A stretch of 30,477 bases of DNA from assembly GCA_035305805.1 (NCBI GenBank), contig DATGOR010000289.1:1-30477 (forward strand), read 5' to 3'. The position numbers were made by a program, and so were the translations under genes. Below the pieces are notes generated by a model. The model did not search any database. It saw only the letters and a list, made by a program, of their open reading frames with translations, and was not told where the DNA came from. The first letter of the stretch is position 1. Each line of letters begins with the position of its first letter. This DNA comes from Vicingaceae bacterium (GTDB taxonomy: Bacteria; Bacteroidota; Bacteroidia; Flavobacteriales_E; Vicingaceae). Below are positions 26,854 to 30,477 of this stretch, piece by piece.

Positions 26854-28134
26854 TTAAGCTAAAACGTTATCTCTATAAATGGTTTGAGTTCTATCCGGAC
26901 CTACTGAAACAATAGTGATAGGAACATTTAGTTCTTGCTCTAAATATTCAATATAATCGGTAAGTTCTTGCGGCACATCATTCATGGAACTTAGTTTAGT
27001 CAAATCTTTTTTCCAGCCTTTTACTTTTTTGTAAATGGGTGTAATGTCTTTAGAAACGATATCGTAAGGCATATAATCTATGGTTTCTCCATCCATTTGG
27101 TAATGAGTACAAACATAAATGTCATCAAAATCACTCAATACATCAGCTTTCATCATAATCAGTTGAGTAACTCCGTTAATCATAATGGCATATTTCAAGG
27201 CCGGTAAATCTATCCATCCGCACCTTCTAGGTCTGCCTGTTGTAGCACCAAATTCATTCCCTGCTTTTCTGATGGCTTCTCCTGTTTCGTCAAACAATTC
27301 GGTAGGGAATGGACCGCTACCAACACGGGTACAATAAGCTTTAAATATTCCGTAAACTTCACCAATCTTATTAGGAGCAATGCCTAATCCGGTGCAAGTT
27401 CCTGCGGTAGTAGTGTTGGATGAGGTTACGAAGGGGTAAGAACCGAAGTCTATATCAAGCAATGTTCCTTGTGCCCCTTCTGCCAAAATAGTAGCGTTTT
27501 CGTTTATTTTTTTATTCAAAAAATGTTCACTGTCAATAACCGTAAGTTGTTTTATGGTTTCAATTCCTTGGTAGAAATCATTTTCCATTGGAGTCAAATC
27601 ATACTCATATTCATAAAACTTTAGTAACTCTTTGTGTTTTGCAACCAATTTGTTGTATTTTTCTTTAAAATCAGGTTCAAAAATATCGCCTACCCTGAGT
27701 CCGTTTCTGCCTGTTTTGTCCATGTAAGTAGGGCCAATTCCTTTTAGTGTAGAACCTATTTTCTCTTTTCCTTTGGACGCTTCTGAAGCTGCATCTAACA
27801 ATCGGTGGGTAGGTAAAATTAAGTGTGCTTTTTTAGAGATAAGTAGCTGTTCATTAATGTTTACGCCCATCTTTATCAATGCATCTATCTCTTTTTTTAG
27901 CACCACGGGGTCAATTACTACTCCGTTTCCAACAACATTATTTACACCTTGGTGAAAAATACCGGAAGGGATGGTGTGTAAAACATGTTTAATACCATCA
28001 AACTCTAAGGTATGACCTGCATTTGGACCACCCTGAAAACGAGCAATTACATCGTATTTTGGAGTAAGAACATCAACAATTTTTCCTTTTCCTTCGTCTC
28101 CCCACTGGAGTCCTAACAAAACATCTACTTTCAT
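26854..28134 (-). CDS. purA: Adenylosuccinate synthetase
   Basis: GLQWGDEGKGK, RFQGGPNAGHT, EGAQG, TRVGSGPFPTE, GATTGRPRRCGW. Confidence 0.98.
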   Translation of the reverse strand: MKVDVLLGLQWGDEGKGKIVDVLTPKYDVIARFQGGPNAGHTLEFDGIKHVLHTIPSGIFHQGVNNVVGNGVVIDPVVLKKEIDALIKMGVNINEQLLISKKAHLILPTHRLLDAASEASKGKEKIGSTLKGIGPTYMDKTGRNGLRVGDIFEPDFKEKYNKLVAKHKELLKFYEYEYDLTPMENDFYQGIETIKQLTVIDSEHFLNKKINENATILAEGAQGTLLDIDFGSYPFVTSSNTTTAGTCTGLGIAPNKIGEVYGIFKAYCTRVGSGPFPTELFDETGEAIRKAGNEFGATTGRPRRCGWIDLPALKYAIMINGVTQLIMMKADVLSDFDDIYVCTHYQMDGETIDYMPYDIVSKDITPIYKKVKGWKKDLTKLSSMNDVPQELTDYIEYLEQELNVPITIVSVGPDRTQTIYRDNVLA

Positions 28135-28199
28135 TTTTATTTTTTTACGGTAATATTAATTTATGATTTTTATTTGATTTAAACTTGGAAAACTCCCGA

Positions 28200-28568
28200 T
28201 TAAGGTTCCAAAATTTGTTTGGATGATTTTATCATGTCTTTAGCATCGTCTATACTCAATGCTATATTAAACACGTTGCTAAGCTTGGTAATAACTAATA
28301 ACTGATTGATTTTTTTAGGTATGTTTACCACAAATACTTCCCCATTTCTATTCCTGGTTTGTGTTAAAATAGAAATGAACACACCTAATCCGGAACTGTT
28401 CATGTATTCCATTTGCTGTAAATCTAAAATAATGGTATTAATGCCTTCATTGTAGTAAAAATCTATTTCGTTAAGCAATTCTTCTGCTTGTTGTTTTGAA
28501 TTTAAACTACCGGATAAGGCTATTATTAACAATTCATCTTCTTTGGATATGGAAAAAGCGAAACTCAT
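28200..28568 (-). CDS. STAS-domain anti-sigma-factor antagonist (RsbV/SpoIIAA-like)
   Basis: [18 protein letters not shown] with the phospho-acceptor Ser; 122 aa; ATGA overlap with fur. Confidence 0.88.
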   Translation of the reverse strand: MSFAFSISKEDELLIIALSGSLNSKQQAEELLNEIDFYYNEGINTIILDLQQMEYMNSSGLGVFISILTQTRNRNGEVFVVNIPKKINQLLVITKLSNVFNIALSIDDAKDMIKSSKQILEP

Positions 28569-29008
28569 TTTTTGGTGTTTTTTACTCCATAAAAATTGAG
28601 TGAATGATGCATAATAGTAATGTCAAACATCTCTTGGAGCGTGTTTTTAATGTTTTGAATTCTAGGGTCGCAAAACTCAATCACTTCACCATTGCTAAGA
28701 ATAATGTGGTCGTGTTGTTTTGAACCGTAAGATTTTTCGTATTGAGCAATGTTGTTGCCAAATTGGTGTTTTCTTACCAAGTTAGCAGCTAAAAGCAATT
28801 CTATGGTGTTATAAAGGGTAGCTCTGCTTACACGGTATTTTTTATTTTTCATGGAAAGATAAAGTTCTTCCACATCAAAATGATCGTCATTAGCGTATAT
28901 TTCTTGGAGTATAGCAAAGCGTTCGGGAGTTTTTCTATGTTTATTCTCCTCCAAATAGTTGGTAAATATTTGCTTTACTTTTTGTTGAGTTTCTTCGGTT
29001 GAGCTCAT
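28565..29008 (-). CDS. fur: Fur-family transcriptional regulator (Bacteroidota type, no CxxC)
   Basis: [40 protein letters not shown]; metal specificity cannot be determined from sequence. Confidence 0.9.
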   Translation of the reverse strand: MSSTEETQQKVKQIFTNYLEENKHRKTPERFAILQEIYANDDHFDVEELYLSMKNKKYRVSRATLYNTIELLLAANLVRKHQFGNNIAQYEKSYGSKQHDHIILSNGEVIEFCDPRIQNIKNTLQEMFDITIMHHSLNFYGVKNTKK

Positions 29009-29136
29009 GACAAATTATTAAACAGTAAAATTAATTAATTTACTTTATATCCTTCCTAAAATATTGCGTAAAGATTTGAAGATTTATTAACGAACAAACG
29101 GCTTTGTTAATAGTTCATCAACATAAAGTATTTTAT

Positions 29137-29144
29137 TAATTTTG
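29137..29144 (+). promoter_or_regulatory. Candidate -7 box TAATTTTG for DUF2480
   Basis: Exact TAnnTTTG, 11 nt upstream of ATG 29155. Confidence 0.4.
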
Positions 29145-29154
29145 CAATGAAATT

Positions 29155-29667
29155 ATGGAAAAGGAAATAATCAATAGAGTAGAAAACAGCAGCTTAATTC
29201 AATTGAATTTAGATGATTTTTATCCTCAGGGAGAGCGAGTAACTTTTGATATTACTCCTTTTTTGGAACAGGGGTTAATTCTAAAGGAAAAATCATTTAG
29301 AGAAGCTGTAAAATTGACCGATTGGTCTGTTTATGACAATAAATATGTGGCTGTTTTGTTTAAAGAAGATGCCATAGTTCCGCTTTGGGCATATATGCTG
29401 ATTGCCTCTAAACTGACTGAAGTTGCTCAAAAAGTGGTGTTAGGAACACTATCGGAATTAGAAGCCGCTATATTTGATGATGTTTTTGCATCCATGGATG
29501 TCGCTCCTTACATTAATAAAAACATCATTTTAAAAGGATGTGGAAAAAAACCGATTCCTAATGCGGTGTATATAAAGTTTTTTTTGATGCTACAACAACA
29601 CGCTAAAAGTGTTATGTTTGGTGAAGCCTGCTCCTCGGTACCTGTTTTTAAAAAAAGCAAAAGTTAG
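29155..29667 (+). CDS. DUF2480 family protein
   Basis: EIINRVENSSLIQLNLDDFYP, GLILKEKSFR, AIVPLWAYML, ILKGCG, SVMFGEACSSVP, recognised as the Bacteroidota DUF2480 pattern. Confidence 0.8.
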   Translation: MEKEIINRVENSSLIQLNLDDFYPQGERVTFDITPFLEQGLILKEKSFREAVKLTDWSVYDNKYVAVLFKEDAIVPLWAYMLIASKLTEVAQKVVLGTLSELEAAIFDDVFASMDVAPYINKNIILKGCGKKPIPNAVYIKFFLMLQQHAKSVMFGEACSSVPVFKKSKS

Positions 29668-29698
29668 GAAGGTTTTTTCTTTTCACTCTTAACATCAA

Positions 29699-29896
29699 TT
29701 AACACAGATGACACCAATTATTTAGCTTCGTTACAGAAAAAAATGAACACAAAAAACATCCTTGATGTTTTTATGTAATTCCTATTATATCAACTCACCC
29801 CAAGTTATCTGGCGATAACTTTTCCCTCTCTTTCAAGAGAGGGGTGCAGGGGAGCGTTTGTGCAAATTGGTGTAATTCAAAGCAAATTTGTGTTAA
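29699..29896. repeat. Composite palindromic element (imperfect terminal inverted repeats, internal hairpins); REP/MITE-like
   Basis: TTAACACAGAT (29699) vs ATTTGTGTTAA (29886) 10/11; ACACCAATT (29711) vs AATTGGTGT (29865) 9/9; hairpins 29752-29772, 29802-29821 and 29824-29843. Confidence 0.5.
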
Positions 29897-30056
29897 CGGA
29901 TTTTTAAGATGATAGTATGTAGATTTTTCAACTTATAATCTACTAAACTCTTAAACTCAACTGAGTCTTTGCGGTTAAACTGCTTATTCGTTTTTTTGTG
30001 TCAACACTCCTAACATTATCATAACATCTTTTCTCAATAAGTGTAGTTATAAAATG

Positions 30057-30077
30057 TAAATTTGTGGTTTAAATTTG
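30057..30077 (+). promoter_or_regulatory. Two tandem candidate -7 boxes TAAATTTG (30057-30064, 30070-30077) upstream of pafA
   Basis: Two exact TAnnTTTG matches 13 nt apart, about 160-175 nt upstream of ATG 30233. Confidence 0.35.
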
Positions 30078-30105
30078 TTGTTGCTTAGGTCTATTGATTC
30101 ATTCT

Positions 30106-30179
30106 GCCACAATGACGCCAAGACATGAAGTTTCACAAAGTTTCCTTCGTGCTTCTTTCTGACGTTGTGGCTTTGTGGC
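30106..30179. repeat. Imperfect GC-containing hairpin / palindromic mini-repeat
   Basis: GCCACAATG (30106) pairs with CGTTGTGGC (30163); CATGAAG (30124) pairs with CTTCGTG (30145); extra tandem TTGTGGC at 30173. Confidence 0.45.
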
Positions 30180-30232
30180 TAGTCTTTGTAGTTTTTACAT
30201 GAGTACTCTTACAACAACTTAAATTTTACATT

Positions 30233-30477
30233 ATGAAACACTTTTTATTATCTTTATTTCTAGCACTAAATACCCTTTTTGCTTGGCCGCAACAAAAACA
30301 ACCTAAATTAGTAGTGGGCATTGTAGTCGATCAGATGCGTTACGATTACCTGACTCGTTTTTGGGATAAATTCAGTGAAAACGGATTTAAAAAATTGGTA
30401 AATAATGGTTTCAATTGCAAACAAGCACACTTTAATTATATGCCTACCTATACCGCTCCGGGTCATGCTTCTATTTA
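30233..30477 (+). CDS. pafA: PafA-type alkaline phosphatase, 5' part (runs off the window; not in the ORF track)
   Basis: Translates MKHFLLSLFLALNTLFAWPQQKQPKLVVGIVVDQMRYDYLTRF...GFKKLVNNGF...HFNYMPTYTAPGHASI; VVDQMR metal Asp and TAPGH Thr nucleophile. Confidence 0.9.
   Translation, partial: MKHFLLSLFLALNTLFAWPQQKQPKLVVGIVVDQMRYDYLTRFWDKFSENGFKKLVNNGFNCKQAHFNYMPTYTAPGHASI

Noticed and set aside
1131-27955. Short alternative-frame or antisense ORFs in the track (1131, 1504, 3001, 3277, 4074, 7185, 8837, 9772, 13500, 15121, 15802, 16401, 16445, 16842, 17756, 21906, 23030, 23235, 23305, 24908, 26005, 26012, 27773)
   Set aside because: All lie inside or overlap well-supported genes and show no recognisable motifs; they are shadow ORFs
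29743-29778. 11-aa ORF MNTKNILDVFM overlapping a hairpin
   Set aside because: Too short, with no leader-peptide signature and no biosynthetic gene downstream
29668-30232. CRISPR array, tRNA or known riboswitch in the long spacer
   Set aside because: No regularly spaced repeats and no cloverleaf or recognisable aptamer; an Rfam search would be needed to fully exclude an RNA
1-30477. Sigma-54 (-24/-12 TGGCAC-N5-TTGC) promoters
   Set aside because: None was noticed in the intergenic regions by eye despite rpoN being present; not exhaustively scanned

Overview
This 30.5 kb window looks like core chromosome from a Bacteroidota (probably Flavobacteriales-like) bacterium. That assignment is inferred from T9SS C-terminal domains, TAnnTTTG promoter boxes, Gln at +1 after signal peptides and gene families such as DUF2480 and PafA. 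In order it carries ppiD, a ClC antiporter, a CPBP protease and a small outer-membrane beta-barrel. Next comes a tightly coupled, AT-richer three-gene unit: a 1100-aa TPR+MORN-repeat protein, a DUF3857/transglutaminase-fold protein with an intact Cys-His-Asp triad, and a paralog that has lost all three residues. These are followed by riboflavin synthase, a type-B T9SS cargo protein, pyrC, an unannotated 50-aa lipoprotein, a bacilliredoxin, rpoN, a PAP2-like protein, rlmB, an unknown helical-repeat protein and a T9SS M1 aminopeptidase. The window ends with a fur-STAS-purA-OstA-like operon, DUF2480, a palindrome-rich intergenic region and the 5' end of a PafA-type phosphatase. I saw no rRNA, tRNA, CRISPR array, transposase or integrase. 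The best candidate for an undescribed system is the exported TPR-MORN / cysteine enzyme / pseudo-enzyme trio at 5546-12772. The clearest non-coding signals are a LytTR-like 21-bp-period direct repeat at 4558-4590 and nested palindromic elements at 29699-30179. All family calls come from motif recognition by eye; no database searches were run.
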